A stretch of DNA of 64,000 bases from Octopus vulgaris. Taxonomy: Eukaryota. The stretch's first letter is position 1; every line of letters begins with the position of its first letter. A model generated the notes under the pieces. The model made no database searches. It was given only the letters and a program-made list of their open reading frames with translations, and was not told the origin of the DNA. A program made the translations under genes and the position numbers. The DNA lies in assembly GCA_951406725.2 (NCBI GenBank), contig OX597832.1:67394001-67458000 (forward strand). Direction: 5' to 3'. Of the stretch, positions 35,218 through 48,063 are shown one piece after another.

Positions 35218-36977
35218 TTCTTTGCCGAATTTCTGATTTTTTATTACCCACTAAGGGGCGACACAGAGGGGGACAGCAAAAGACATGGGGACATAGAACA
35301 TTATAATTAAACTTTATGAACATGAATTGTTAAACGAAAAAAATGATAAAATGAAAGCGATACCAACGGCCCCGTCCGTCAGCATCACTTACTTGTCCTT
35401 TGTTTTTCATAGTCACTTGAATGTTCTTTGCCAATACGAATAAATTCCATATCCATTCTTACTCCGAAATACTCATCCATATTTTCCACGAATTCATCGC
35501 TCATTCTTATATCTTTCACCTCCCAATTCTCCCTTTCACACCTCCCCATAAACTCACCTATGTTCTTCTTTTCAATCACAGCATACCTAGTCTCTCCAAC
35601 ATCATACCATTTATACTCTTCCATTAGACTTTTAACTTCTTTCTGTTCAGTCATAGTACAAATGTACGGCCTGGGTTCGCTTTCAATCTCTTGTGTGTGT
35701 GTATTCTTTTTTTCTTTTGTTTTCTTGTTGGGGGGAGCGGGTGGGCTCAATGTCTGCATGGATAGGGTGGGACTCAGAGGGTGTGGGTGGTTTTGGGGTA
35801 GATTGGAGTTCCATATTATTTTCTTTTCCACGTATTCTTCTCCTCCTCTTACTTCCAGCTTCCTTCCATTTCTGTGTATTCTCTTCCTCTGTTTCCTTCT
35901 CCTCTGGTTTCTGCTTCTCTCTCTCTGGTTCGGAATCCATTTCTTTCCCTGGGGGAGGGCAGAAGGCTCTTATGTGACCCCTCAGGCCACACTTGTAACA
36001 ACGTGGAGCCCTGCCCTCCACCCACACTCTCATGATCACGTCTCCCAGTCTGATGCTTTCCGTCAGGTCCACCAGTACCTCGGTCTCTGCCTGTACGTTC
36101 AGCTCCACTGTTACGCCTCTCCAGCCCTCGGACTTAACCGAGGCATGGAGAATATCCACCTCGTCCTCGTGGCCGCTGATCACAGCCGCCACAATCCATT
36201 CTGCCTCCACGTTTGGTGGCACTCCCTCCACCCTTATTCGTGTAATCCTCCTGTTTAAATACGTAGGTAATAGGGTTACCTTTTCTGACTTCACCGCCTT
36301 CGCCGCCATCTTCCTCGCTGCAGACTCAGTTTTGAAATGCACAACTACGGTACCGTACTTGGATCCTCGAGTCAGAAAATTTATTTCCTCCTCAGTTCTT
36401 CGCAGGGCTTCCTCTATCCATTCCATGGTTACAACTTCTACCCTCTTCCTTTCGTTTGCGAACACCCTGTAAATAATCGTCCTCTTATCATACCATTCTT
36501 TTCTCCTGGGTGTCGGTGATAGTTCCACCTCACCGCTTTCCTTTTTCATGTATTTCTGGTAACTTGCCAACTTGGCCATGTCGACCCTTTTCTCTTCCGC
36601 CTTCTTGGTTACACCGGCATAGGTATAACCCAGCTCATCTTCCAAATTCCTTGCTGCCATTTCTAGCTCCTTCTCAGACGTAGGCAGGTCTGATAAAGAC
36701 TCGAAAACTCCAGCCCTTTCTTCCATCAGCTCCATTGCAATTGCCCGTTCCAGTTCCTCATCTGTCGTGGACAAGTCTGTTAGAGACTCATAGTCCATTT
36801 CCTTTCTGTCTGACAGACCGAAAACGGCCGCCAAAACAGAAAAAGTGTAACGCGCTGAACGAGCGATACGCGAAACCGCGTCAACGCCGTTCAGAATTTC
36901 CACAACAACAACAACGCTTTTTGTTCTTTTTTACCGAATTTTACGAGCGTAAAAAAACACGACCGACTCCTTCAAAA
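35218..36977 (-). mobile_element. Non-autonomous ORF1-only Tx1-related element (HAL1-like), unit 1, 1760 bp
   Basis: Near-identical to 36978-38745. Encodes an ORF1 homologue, has no EN/RT, and shares terminal sequences with the autonomous element. Confidence 0.85.
35385..36798 (-). CDS. ORF1-like CCHC protein of unit 1 (main frame 36798-35683; C-terminal part in a second frame to 35385)
   Basis: CYKCGLRGHIRAFC knuckle. RGSKYGTVVVHF / LLPTYLNRR / VWVEGRAPRC align with WGKKYATIMVYF / LLPSYMGRR / VVVEGRKPRC of the autonomous ORF1. Confidence 0.8.
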
Positions 36978-38745
36978 TTCTTTGCCGAATTTCTGATTTG
37001 ATTTTTTATTACCCACTAAGGGGCGACACAGAGGGGGACAACAAAAGACATGGGGACATAGAACATTATAATTAAACTTTATGAACATGTATTGTTAAAC
37101 GAAAAAAAATGATAAAATAAAAGCGATACCAACGGCCCCGTCCGTCAGCATCACTTACCTGTCCTTTGTTTTTCATAGTCACTTGAATGTTCTTTGCCAA
37201 TACGAATAAATTCCATATCCATTCTTACTCCGAAATACTCATTCATATTTTCCACGAATTCATCGCTCATTCTTATATCTTTCACCTCCCAATTCTCCCT
37301 TTCACACCTCCCCATAAACTCACCTATGTTCTTCTTTTCAATCACAGCATACCTAGTCTCTCCAACATCATACCATTTATACTCTTCCATTAGACTTTTA
37401 ACTTGCCTCTGTTCAGTCATAGTACAAATGTACGGCCTGGGTTCGATTTCAATCTCTTGTGTGTGTGTATTCTTTTTTTTTCTTTTGTTTTCTTGTTGGG
37501 GGGGAGCGGGTGGGTTCAATGTCTGCATGGATAGGGTGGGACTCAGAGGGTGTGGGTGGTTTTGGGGTAGATTGGAGTTCCATATTATTTTCTTTTCCAC
37601 GAATTCTTCTCTTCCTCTTACTTCCAGCTTCCTTCCATTTCTGTGTATTCTCTTCCTCTGTTTCCTTCTCCTCTGGTTTCTGCTTCTCTCTCTCTGGTTC
37701 GGAATCCGTTTCTTTCCCTGGGGGAGGACAGAAGGCTCTTATGTGACCCCTCAGGCCACACTTGTAACAACGTGGAGCCCTGCCCTCCACCCACACTCTC
37801 ATGATCACGTCTCCCAGTCTGATGCTTTCCGTCAGGTCCACCAGTACCTCGGTCTCTGCCTGTACGTTCAGCTCCACTGTTACGCCTCTCCAGCCCTCGG
37901 ACTTAACCGAGGCATGGAGAATATCCACCTCGTCCTCGTGGCCGCTGATCACAGCCGCCACAATCCATTCTGCCTCCACGTTTGGTGGCACTCCCTCCAC
38001 CCTTATTCGTGTAATCCTCCTGTTTAAATACGTAGGTAATAGGGTTACCTTTTCTGACTTCACCGCCTTCGCCGCCATCTTCCTCGCTGCAGACTCAGTT
38101 TTGAAATGCACAACTACGGTACCGTACTTGGATCCTCGAGTCAGAAAATTTATTTCCTCCTCAGTTCTTCGCAGGGCTTCCTCTATCCATTCCATGGTTA
38201 CAACTTCTACCCTCTTCCTTTCGTTTGCGAACACCCTGTAAATAATCGTCCTCTTATCATACCATTCTTTTCTCCTGGGTGTCGGTGATAGTTCCACCTC
38301 ACCGCTTTCCTTTTTCATGTATTTCTGGTAACTTGCCAACTTGGCCATGTCGACCCCTTTCTCTTCCGCCTTCTTGGTTACACCGGCATAGGTATAACCC
38401 AGCTTCTCTTCCAAATTCCTTGCTGCCATTTCTAGCTCCTTCTCAGACGTAGGCAGGTCTGATAAAGACTCGAAAACTCCAGCCTTTTCTTCCATCAGCT
38501 TCATTGCAATTGCCTGTTCCAGTTCCTCATCTGTCGTGGACAAGTCTGTTAGAGACTCATAGTCCATTTCCTTCTGTCTGACAGACCGTAAACGGCCGCC
38601 AAAACAGAAAAAGTGTAACGCGCTGAACGAGCGAAACGCGAAACCGCGTCAACGCCGTTCAGAATTTCCACAACAACAACAACGCTTTTTGTTCTTTTTT
38701 ACCGAATTTTACGAGCGTAAAAAAACACGACCGACTCCTTCAAAA
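36978..38745 (-). mobile_element. Non-autonomous ORF1-only Tx1-related element, unit 2, 1768 bp
   Basis: Tandem duplicate of unit 1 with scattered substitutions and homopolymer indels. Confidence 0.85.
37151..38567 (-). CDS. ORF1-like CCHC protein of unit 2 (main frame 38567-37449; C-terminal part in a second frame to 37151)
   Basis: 372-aa ORF nearly identical to unit 1, overlapped by a 149-aa downstream frame. Confidence 0.8.
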
Positions 38746-38829
38746 TTCTTTGCCGAATTTCTGATTTTTTATTACCCACTAAGGGGCGACACAGAGGGGG
38801 ACAACAAAAGACATGGGGACATAGAACAT
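38746..38829 (-). mobile_element. 3' fragment of a third ORF1-only unit
   Basis: Junction motif plus attacccactaaggggcgacacagagggggacaacaaaagacatggggacatagaacat, then an abrupt switch to mariner-like sequence. Confidence 0.85.
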
Positions 38830-39474
38830 GTCATCTTTGGTGCTAGAAGGAAATGTTTTGGTCTCTCGCTCAACTGCGCCCTACGCATAATAATCAGTTG
38901 TGTTGCAGTCTGGTGAGTTGGTGGCCAGATGTTAGGGGTGATGTGGTTGCAGAAATTGTTTGATATCCATGAAAGGGTCATCCTGCTTGTATGGCATGGT
39001 GCAGAGTCCTGTTGCCAGACTTAGGGTCTTCCAGAAGCCACCCTCTTGACGCATGGCAGCACTACCTCCTCAAGGCATTTCATGTAAGTACCCCCGTGTT
39101 TTGAGTGAAGTTGTGTGGAAAGATGAATGGAGGTATAACGTCGCTGTCACTAGTGATCACTCCAAACACCATAGTTTTGACTGAATGTTTTACCTTTATT
39201 ACTCTCGATACATGTGCTCGGATTGCAATGTCCACCGATTGACACCCAAACACTCTGAAATCATCCTATTGGAGATTCCGGTGCGAATGCCAATCACTAT
39301 AGCATGCGGTTCCTCATTTCTGGCTGAGTGAATTGCGATATGGTGCTCTTTTAATTACTGACGGTGCCCTGCTGACCCTATTATACTGTGTAGCCGTCAA
39401 AATCAAATACAAACAATGCACATGCGCGATATGAAATATATAACATGGTGACAATTTACCCATTGTACACTGTA
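38830..39474 (-). mobile_element. Degenerate Tc1/mariner-superfamily transposon fragment with one probable terminus
   Basis: Minus-strand translation WQQDSAPCHTSR...NFCNHITPNIWPP followed, after a frameshift, by an SPDCN-like motif. Candidate TIR (ta)cagtgtacaatgggtaaattgtcaccat at ~39445-39474. Confidence 0.7.
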
Positions 39475-39668
39475 TGTGATATATATGTATATATATAAAG
39501 TGATGACTTTTTACCAGCATAATGTAGCAATCCCAGGATGGGATAAATATTATTGTTACTTAACGCCAAGAAAAATGGTTTCTAGCTGGGTATAGGACAC
39601 AAAAGCTCTGTGTCCATTATGTTTTCGAACAGGGGAGACTAGCACCTCCACCCAGCACAACCTACCAT

Positions 39669-39709
39669 CCACGGACTAGTTTTAGGGTTATTGCACATTA
39701 TCAGCGGGG
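39669..39709 (-). ncRNA. Degenerate type-I hammerhead-like motif
   Basis: Reverse complement: ccccg-CTGATAA-tgtgcaataaccct-AAA-actagt-C-cgtgg. Palindromic stem III and GUC are kept; core and stem II are mutated. Confidence 0.4.
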
Positions 39710-40207
39710 AGTAGTTTGGCTTTCTAGATGTCGCAGCAAATTTGCTGTCTAATATATATAGAATTCAGAGTGACAAACTATATACGTACATATTTACATG
39801 CACACCTTTGCATAAACTGACGTCCACAAATACTTGCATGTGTGTGTATCATGAGTGTTTGTGTGTGCATATGTTTCTAGACTGTGTGTGCAGTATCTCA
39901 TTTATATTCGATATGTATTTATTCATTTCTGTGAAACTCGCTGAGCTCCGTCCAATTGTAAGTTATACGGACTGATACTACTATGTACTACAATGTACAG
40001 CCGATGCACACACAGATTTACACATTCTCACACAAAGCCTCACTTACAAATTCATACACGTATGTATATACATATAAGAAATTCGAAAAAACCGAGACAA
40101 TGACGTGTTGAAAATTGACTGAAGTGAAAAGTAGAACTCGAGAAAAAAATTACATAAAAATATAACTGACACACGATTAAACAGATATATAAATATATGC
40201 GTGTATG

Positions 40208-40305
<98 letters not shown>

Positions 40306-40396
40306 TGAATATAAATACATAAATATATATATAAATATAAATATAAACATATATATATATATATGCATACATATATAATGCATACCTATATATATG

Positions 40397-40453
<57 letters not shown>

Positions 40454-40653
40454 ATATATATATATATGTATGTATACATATATATATGTATGTATACATA
40501 TACATATACGTATATATATATATATGTGTGTGTGTGCGTGTGTGTGTGTCTATCTGTATATATATATATATATATGTATATGTATGTATAAATACATATA
40601 TAAATATTATTTACACATGTATATTCATACATAAAGAATTACTTGCATATGTG

Positions 40654-40717
<64 letters not shown>

Positions 40718-41021
40718 TGTGTGTGTATGTGTGTGTGTGCAGGTGAGTGCGTGTGTGTTAAATGCTCTTGTATGAATTTTTTAAAGAAAGCGAGGCTCTG
40801 CACAGTAATTTAAAGAATAAATATAGCACCTGAGCTTAAAAATCAATTTTGACTTTTGGTAATCTTGTGTCTGGTTAGTATATGTTTCTTGAGGAACATT
40901 CAATTTCTCTTTCTTATTAGATGATTTTCTGCATTTATTAAGTACTGCACTTTTTCTTCTATACTTAGCACCAGCATTTAACAGAATTTCCGTACTTTCG
41001 AAATTGTTCTTTCTCTTAGGG

Positions 41022-41062
<41 letters not shown>

Positions 41063-41346
41063 CATGTATGTATCGGTATACATTTAGATGATCGATTTGT
41101 TTCTTTCTATCATTTTCAAATCTCTTCTCGAGTTAATTTCGCTTAAAGCTTTTGTCTTTTCACGTCTCTTTTTCTCTATCTCATGACCCCCCCCCCACAC
41201 ACACACACATTCAAACACGCACACACAATACATGCGCACGCTCGCACACATACAAAAAGACATATATGCTTTTGTATATATCCATATAAGTACATACATA
41301 ACTTTAACTTGTTCCAGTTTTAAAGCCGTGGTCATGCTGGGGAACG

Positions 41347-41448
<102 letters not shown>

Positions 41449-42111
41449 GGGGGGTGTCTCTGTGTGTGTGTGTATACCTGTATGTCTATAGATGCATTCG
41501 TATATATGTGTATATACCTGTATGTGTATACATATATATATATACGTATATATATATATTTATATGTGCCCGTACCTATATACATACATGCGTATACACA
41601 CGCACACACACACACACACACACATATATAAATATATATATATCCATCTATAAGTATGGATATAAGTATACATGTAGTATGTAGATAGGTATGTATATAT
41701 GAACGTATATATAACCTTTGAGTTAATAACATATTCAATTCTTTTTAGAGTGAGAAATAATTGTGAATTCTACAGATGCATAAAGGCTATTTAACTATTT
41801 CGATTGGCTACTTATTCGAACAAGAATCAGATTAAGAATTCACATTCCGTGTATTTTTAGCCTTTTCTACTTTCTGTTTGATTATTGCATTTTTTCAGTC
41901 CTTCCCAAATAAAATAATGTTTGAAATGAGGAGAAAAATAAATAATTGCCATGCCGCTCTGAATATATATCAGTGCCTACATATATGCCTGCGTGCACAT
42001 GTGTTTGCATGTTGGCTTGCGTGGCCCTGTATATGAACACACGCACACGCACACTCACATACTCACGCACACGCGCTCATATATATGTATACAAGTACAT
42101 TTCTGCTTCTA

Positions 42112-42157
<46 letters not shown>

Positions 42158-42205
42158 TATATATGTATATATATATACACTCACATATATATATATATGT
42201 AAATG

Positions 42206-42239
<34 letters not shown>

Positions 42240-42277
42240 AATATATATATTCATATACACACTCACACACACACACA

Positions 42278-42337
<60 letters not shown>

Positions 42338-44022
42338 TTCCTAAATGTATTCACTAAATTTCTTTTATTTCTGTCGTTGGCTTCTCTGGTTGATATTCTC
42401 TATATTTGACTGTATTCAATTATCTCCGAGCAGAAAACGTAAAATTCGCTGAAAGGTATTTCTTTGTGTTCTGTCTATGCCAGGCATAAACAAAGGCATT
42501 CTGTCGAATCACATTTCCCAACATTTTCTATATACTGCCAATGTAAGCGCACACATGTTTTATGTCGCAGAATATGCTTGTATAAATTCTACTCCGCCAG
42601 AACTCTTCAATTACATTTTCATGGCCTTTGTGATGAAAAAAATACCTATAATTATGATTAATATTTCTAAAAATAATGAGAACTTAGACATTAAAGACAT
42701 TTCCAGTGTTCTTTAATGTTCACCAAGCAGAATCTTGAACTTTAAGTGAGAACGTCGGACATGTTTCATGCTTATTCATATCATCTCCAATTTTAATCGT
42801 ATGATGAGAGAAAAATACCAGTTTTTGAGACCCTGCCTCACGTACATATATCAATTACTCAGTCAATGCTTCGAAATGAATATTTCGTGGCAAACTGTAC
42901 ATACTCGCTTATGACAATGTTGGAAATATTGAGAATACATGTGCTACACGACATTGTACGAGATTTGGAGGTAAATACATTTACAGATTATAGGTGATAA
43001 TTTGTAAGGAAAACCTAGACTTGTAAGGACTTGCATTTACTATGAACTGATTAAGCTGATTTGAGTTAAGAGTTGCGCTTGCTATCAACTCATTCATTCC
43101 TTAATCATTTCGAATAACAACGTTCGTACACGTTCAACCGTATGAATATAAAGTACACACGTATGTGCACATGCGCACTCATTCAAAATAAGCATACACT
43201 ATAGCATTAGAATTTAGATATCTGCTCATAACTTGGCGCTAAAATTATGGTGAATAATTTATTTCGGTGATTATATATGAATTGAATATATAGACACCAT
43301 ATCGCATATTTACCTGTTTCTAAACACGTTATATGGCGGTCAAATTATACAAATTATATATTTGTTACATAGGAACGAAAAAAAAATTTGTAAAGAACAC
43401 TACTTAATATTAGTATTTGATTAACTCGTCTTTTTTCTCGGCAGCGATATGACAAGAAGCTATGTTAACCTCAGCTGTATTTGAACGCAAAACGTATAGA
43501 ATAGGAGCAAATAACACAACGAACTTTGTCTGACGATAACACTAAATATCACACCTTCCACTAGTTTTGAAAATAGTGCATAATTATTTTATCTAACACA
43601 TTACAAGTTTTACACTTGAAAAAAATCTTAATTTTCTAAAACAACATTAACATTTATCAAATGTATGTTTATCTGTTGTTTTTAAATATAATTAAATGTC
43701 TTGTATCACTTCCACATCCAATTACAGTGCATAATATACACAAATATGACACCGGTTTCATTGATCTATAATATTTGACGCTTTCATTGGAAAATGTTTT
43801 TTTTTAAATATATATTTAAGGCCGTCACTAGCACGGTTAAGAACATTTCCTTTGCAATGTGTATCTCCGTGTTCATACTTACGGCAAAACACTTTGTGCA
43901 AGACTTTTTAATATTGCTTTGGCTTGAGCAATAGTTTATGAAAATTGCGAGGAAGCACACCGCTGGCACACACGCGCGCGCGCAATTATGAATGTGTGTA
44001 TGCATTATGTATATATGTATGC

Positions 44023-44060
<38 letters not shown>

Positions 44061-45433
44061 TTATACATACACACACACCCACACACACATATATATATAT
44101 ATAGAAAAACTTAGATATAAATGTATTTACTCACATACACCTATCCACCATCGCATACACACATATTGACAACGTTGACCAAGGGATTTCGGTGTGTATT
44201 TCCAGTATTTCCAGGATGTGCTGAGGTTCAGTTCTCCCAGAATAACACAGACACCACTGATACCCCTGGCCTCATAGGGTCTGAAAATCTAATGCAAAAA
44301 CTTCCTTAATCTAGGATCAGAATGTAAAACAAAACCCGTTTTACACTCCGCAAGAAGCACGCAGATATTTGAATCATATACACGGAATTAGTTCTTGAAT
44401 CTAAGCTGTGACTACGTACATACATGCATACACAGAGTCACACACACACACAGAGTCGAGCAAACACACACATATACACACATATGTACATATACATAAA
44501 CAAAAATTTCTTTGACGCGGTCATAAATTGATGACGGAATAGAGGAAACGTGGATATATTTGTGATTGAAAATTTAAATAAATATTTACTCTTCAGAGTT
44601 ACCATTACTTGAAATACAGAGAGCGGATTTGATGTTAATGAATTAGTTTCACAGACAACAGTAAAATTTGTCTGAGATGGACGACAAGTGACATGATATT
44701 TAGAAACTCGTTTTATGAACAATAGGCCGAATACGCAAATTGAAATTTCAAAGGGAAAAATACCATTGTCCATTGTAATACCAAATATCATCTCAGTGAA
44801 TAGAAAAGAGTTTCGCAAACTAAGTATACATATGACTTGAGACAATGCATTATAGTGAACATAGATTAGGCAAGGAATGCGGTATTTTTACTTGTGAATT
44901 TCAATATATACAAAAATTAAAACGTTTTATTGTTTTCAAGTCTAACAGAAATAAAGCAACGCACGAAACTCTAAATACAGAAGTTATCTATATATATTTG
45001 AACAATATTTTCGATGTTGTGGGTTTCAACCACTTGACTTTAAATTATTGAACATACTGGTTGAGCAACAGCATCCAGGCAGTTAAGAACAAACATAGAC
45101 GCAAGTACCGTCACACACCGACACATATAAATTGTATAAAGTCATCTACTCACAAAGTGAAGGCCTCTGGCAAGACTTTTTATGTGCTAGAAAAGGCATC
45201 TAAACAAAACCAAGAAAAAATATTGGCACGCCAATAAAGAACTAGAATGAAAGGAGTAATTATTTTCAGTTAATCTCATACTCGAGTTATCCTGTTAATG
45301 ACCAAATAGATTAATTTGTCATCTGTAGTTCGTCAGCGAGATGGGCAAAATAATGCATAATTATGTGGTAATAATTCACACCGAAAGAACACGTGCGAGC
45401 TACATTCTTATAACATTTAGGATTCAAATCATA

Positions 45434-45631
45434 TGCGCAGGCGCATTTACATTGCCAGCAGCGAATAATTAAAGTTTAAAAACTGCGTATGCATGCGAAC
45501 CACTGGTGATAAATTATTCCAATTCTGTACCCTTATGATTTACTCGGTAAAACCTGTTAATTCTAACGCTTTTAGCTCGCAGTTTTTAAAAATTAATTAT
45601 TTGCTGCTGGCTATGTGAATGCGCCTGCGCA
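45434..45631. mobile_element. MITE-like element with ~55-bp terminal inverted repeats
   Basis: tgcgcaggcgcatttacattgccagcagcgaataattaa...aaaactgcg pairs with cgcagttttt...ttaattatttgctgctggctatgtgaatgcgcctgcgca. Confidence 0.75.
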
Positions 45632-45635
45632 CTTT

Positions 45636-45691
<56 letters not shown>

Positions 45692-45698
<7 letters not shown>

Positions 45699-45994
45699 CA
45701 AAAATTCGGGATTTTACCAATAGAACCGCAACTCCTATTTCAGGATAATTTTATTGTATGAAATACATAGAAAGCTGTATCTTCTAAAATAATATAAAAT
45801 ATATAGCCTACTATAAAATATAATAAAATTATTTGAAAAGTATTTCAAAAAATATACATAATTTACCTGTAATTAGTCTGTGGGGAAAGAAGATATAAAA
45901 TATCTTCTTTCCCCACAGGTAAGTTTATATATATATATTTTCAAATAATTTTATTGTATTTTATAGTAGGTTTTTAAATGCTTATATCATTTCA

Positions 45995-46057
<63 letters not shown>

Positions 46058-46158
46058 GTTTATTGGATATAACTTTCTATGTGTAATCCATAAAATAATT
46101 TTATCCTGAAATAGGAGTTGAAGCTCTATGGGTAAAATCTCAAATTTATAACAATATA
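45692..46158. mobile_element. Long foldback element centred near 45898, with an (ATT)n tract in the right arm
   Basis: Paired segments: aactcctatttcaggataa/ttatcctgaaataggagtt; cctactataaaata/tattttatagtagg; ctgtggggaaagaagatat/atatcttctttccccacag. Confidence 0.8.
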
Positions 46159-46489
46159 AAAGATACTGTTTACGTTGCATTAGTAAAGTTAAAATAGTTA
46201 ATGTCCTGATTACCTGAAATACTTATTATTGATTACTATATATACATATATATGTGCATGTGTGTGTGTGTGTATGTATATTAATATATTAATAGTAATG
46301 GTTAGACAACAAAAAAATGAAGGAGACTTCGATAAAGACATCCTTGTCAATGATATACATATATATATATATATATACATACCTATCAGAGTAAGCATAT
46401 AAAGGCGAAACAAGGTGAAAAACTAGTACTTGCATACCAGTGGTAGCGTAATATGCTTAATTAGAAAAGCGGCAAAAATATCACAAAAA

Positions 46490-46527
46490 CTGTTGCTCAG
46501 AGTTTCACGTCCCCGTTCGTCGGACAG
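46490..46527 (-). ncRNA. Degenerate type-I hammerhead motif of a further family
   Basis: Reverse complement: ctgt-CCGACGA-acg[ggga]cgt-GAA-actctgagc-A-acag. All three stems are recognisable; two core positions deviate (U4C, U16.1C). Confidence 0.55.
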
Positions 46528-46616
46528 TTTAAATATATATATATAATAGAGAAAGTTGGCTTATTAGCAATGAGAACGGAAAGGCAAATTTAATAGAAGT
46601 CGCAAAATTAATAGAC

Positions 46617-46835
46617 GTCACAAAAATTGAGAGAGGGTACTGACTAGCACTGCTTTTCCTTACGATAAGAGTTAAACTAACTCAAATGCCACAAATGAAC
46701 TGTCTTATTGACTGACAAAGGGAGGTAAGTCCCTTTGTCAGTCATTAACAAAGTGCGTTTGTGGCTTTTGACTTAGTTGAACTCTTATTGTAAGCAAACG
46801 CGGAGCTAGTCAGTACCATCTGTCACTTTTGTGAC
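46617..46835. repeat. Imperfect ~220-bp palindrome (hairpin with ~105-bp arms)
   Basis: Centre tgactgacaaaggga-ggtaag-tccctttgtcagtca. Outer pairs ggtactgactagc/gctagtcagtacc and gtcacaaaa/ttttgtgac. Confidence 0.85.
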
Positions 46836-47661
46836 CTCCCTCTCTCTCTCACTCTGAGTCTCCCTATATATATTACATATATATATATATATGAGGTAAC
46901 TTCTTTCCATTGTTCAGGTGGCTTGCACACCTCAATGTCAACTGTAATTTAACCTTGAACATCTCGAACTCAATTAACTGTTCATTAATATTTCAATCAC
47001 TTTCTGGAGAAAGCAAACACAAAACATCTCAAATTAAATCAATCGTACGTAAATAGACACACACGCTCACAGCCACACGCGCATGCGTGAATGCATTCTC
47101 ACATACACACATAGACGCATATTAGATATTTTGGTTTCTCCCAGTCAATCATCTGAATTCATTTCTGAAATACATTCATAGTCTTTCATTGGTAATGCAT
47201 TTCTTTGCATATATAAATGTGAAATATTTCCGGTCAACTTCATTTTGGAGCTCGAAGTAAGGTATAGGATAATGCTGAAGCATTCAACTTCAAGTCCATC
47301 GTGCCTTATAGGAGAAACAACTGTAAACTAATGCAGCTCATATTACGTTTGTTTTGCTATTGTAATTGTTTGTAAACACGCCCACACATACATGCATTAC
47401 ATGCAAAAACACACGCACACTCATATATATATATGTGTTTATATATAGCAATAATAATTCTCTAAATGAGATATAGACAGTGACTGCTCCATAATATAAG
47501 GGATATTAGCCAACTGAATATGGCTAGGGACAGGGCAGGGTGGTGGGGGTGTCACTGTTGCATTTAGCCCCAGGCGAACATCAACGTCACCAGATAGGCC
47601 GACGCCATCACGGCGTCCTCTATCTTGCAAAGGGAGATCATTCACCAACAAGCGGATACAA

Positions 47662-47707
47662 CACACGGACCTAGGTTTCAAGGTGTATTGCCTATTATCA
47701 ACGTGTG
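47662..47707 (-). ncRNA. Minimal type-I hammerhead, U3-A8 core variant (unit 1)
   Basis: Reverse complement: cacacg-TTGATAA-t-agg[caataca]cct-t-GAA-acctaggt-C-cgtgtg. Confidence 0.72.
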
Positions 47708-48017
47708 GTAGGCATCGCTTCTCGATGAACGACCAACAGTGCAAGATATATATAAGGATTTTCAAGTAAATACATTTACTGATTTCGAAAATCCGTTCGA
47801 CAGCAATAATAATTCTCTAAATGAGATATAGACAGTGACTGCTCCATAATATAAGGGATATTAGCCAACTGAATATGGCTAGGGACAGGGCAGGGTGGTG
47901 GGGGGTGTCACTGTTGCATTTAGCCCCAGGCGAACATCAACGTCACCAGATAGGCCGACGCCATCACGGCGTCCTCTATCTTGCAAAGGGAGATCATTCA
48001 CCAACAAGCGGATACCA

Positions 48018-48063
48018 CACACGGACCTAGGTTTCAAGGTGTATTGCCTATTATCAACGTGTG
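48018..48063 (-). ncRNA. Minimal type-I hammerhead, U3-A8 core variant (unit 2)
   Basis: Identical motif to 47662-47707; stem I can be extended (tacca/tggta). Confidence 0.72.

Noticed and set aside
33732-38288. Plus-strand ORFs overlapping the ORF1 genes (e.g. 35428-36258, 37194-38027)
   Set aside because: Antisense shadows of purine-rich coding strands; low complexity with no motifs.
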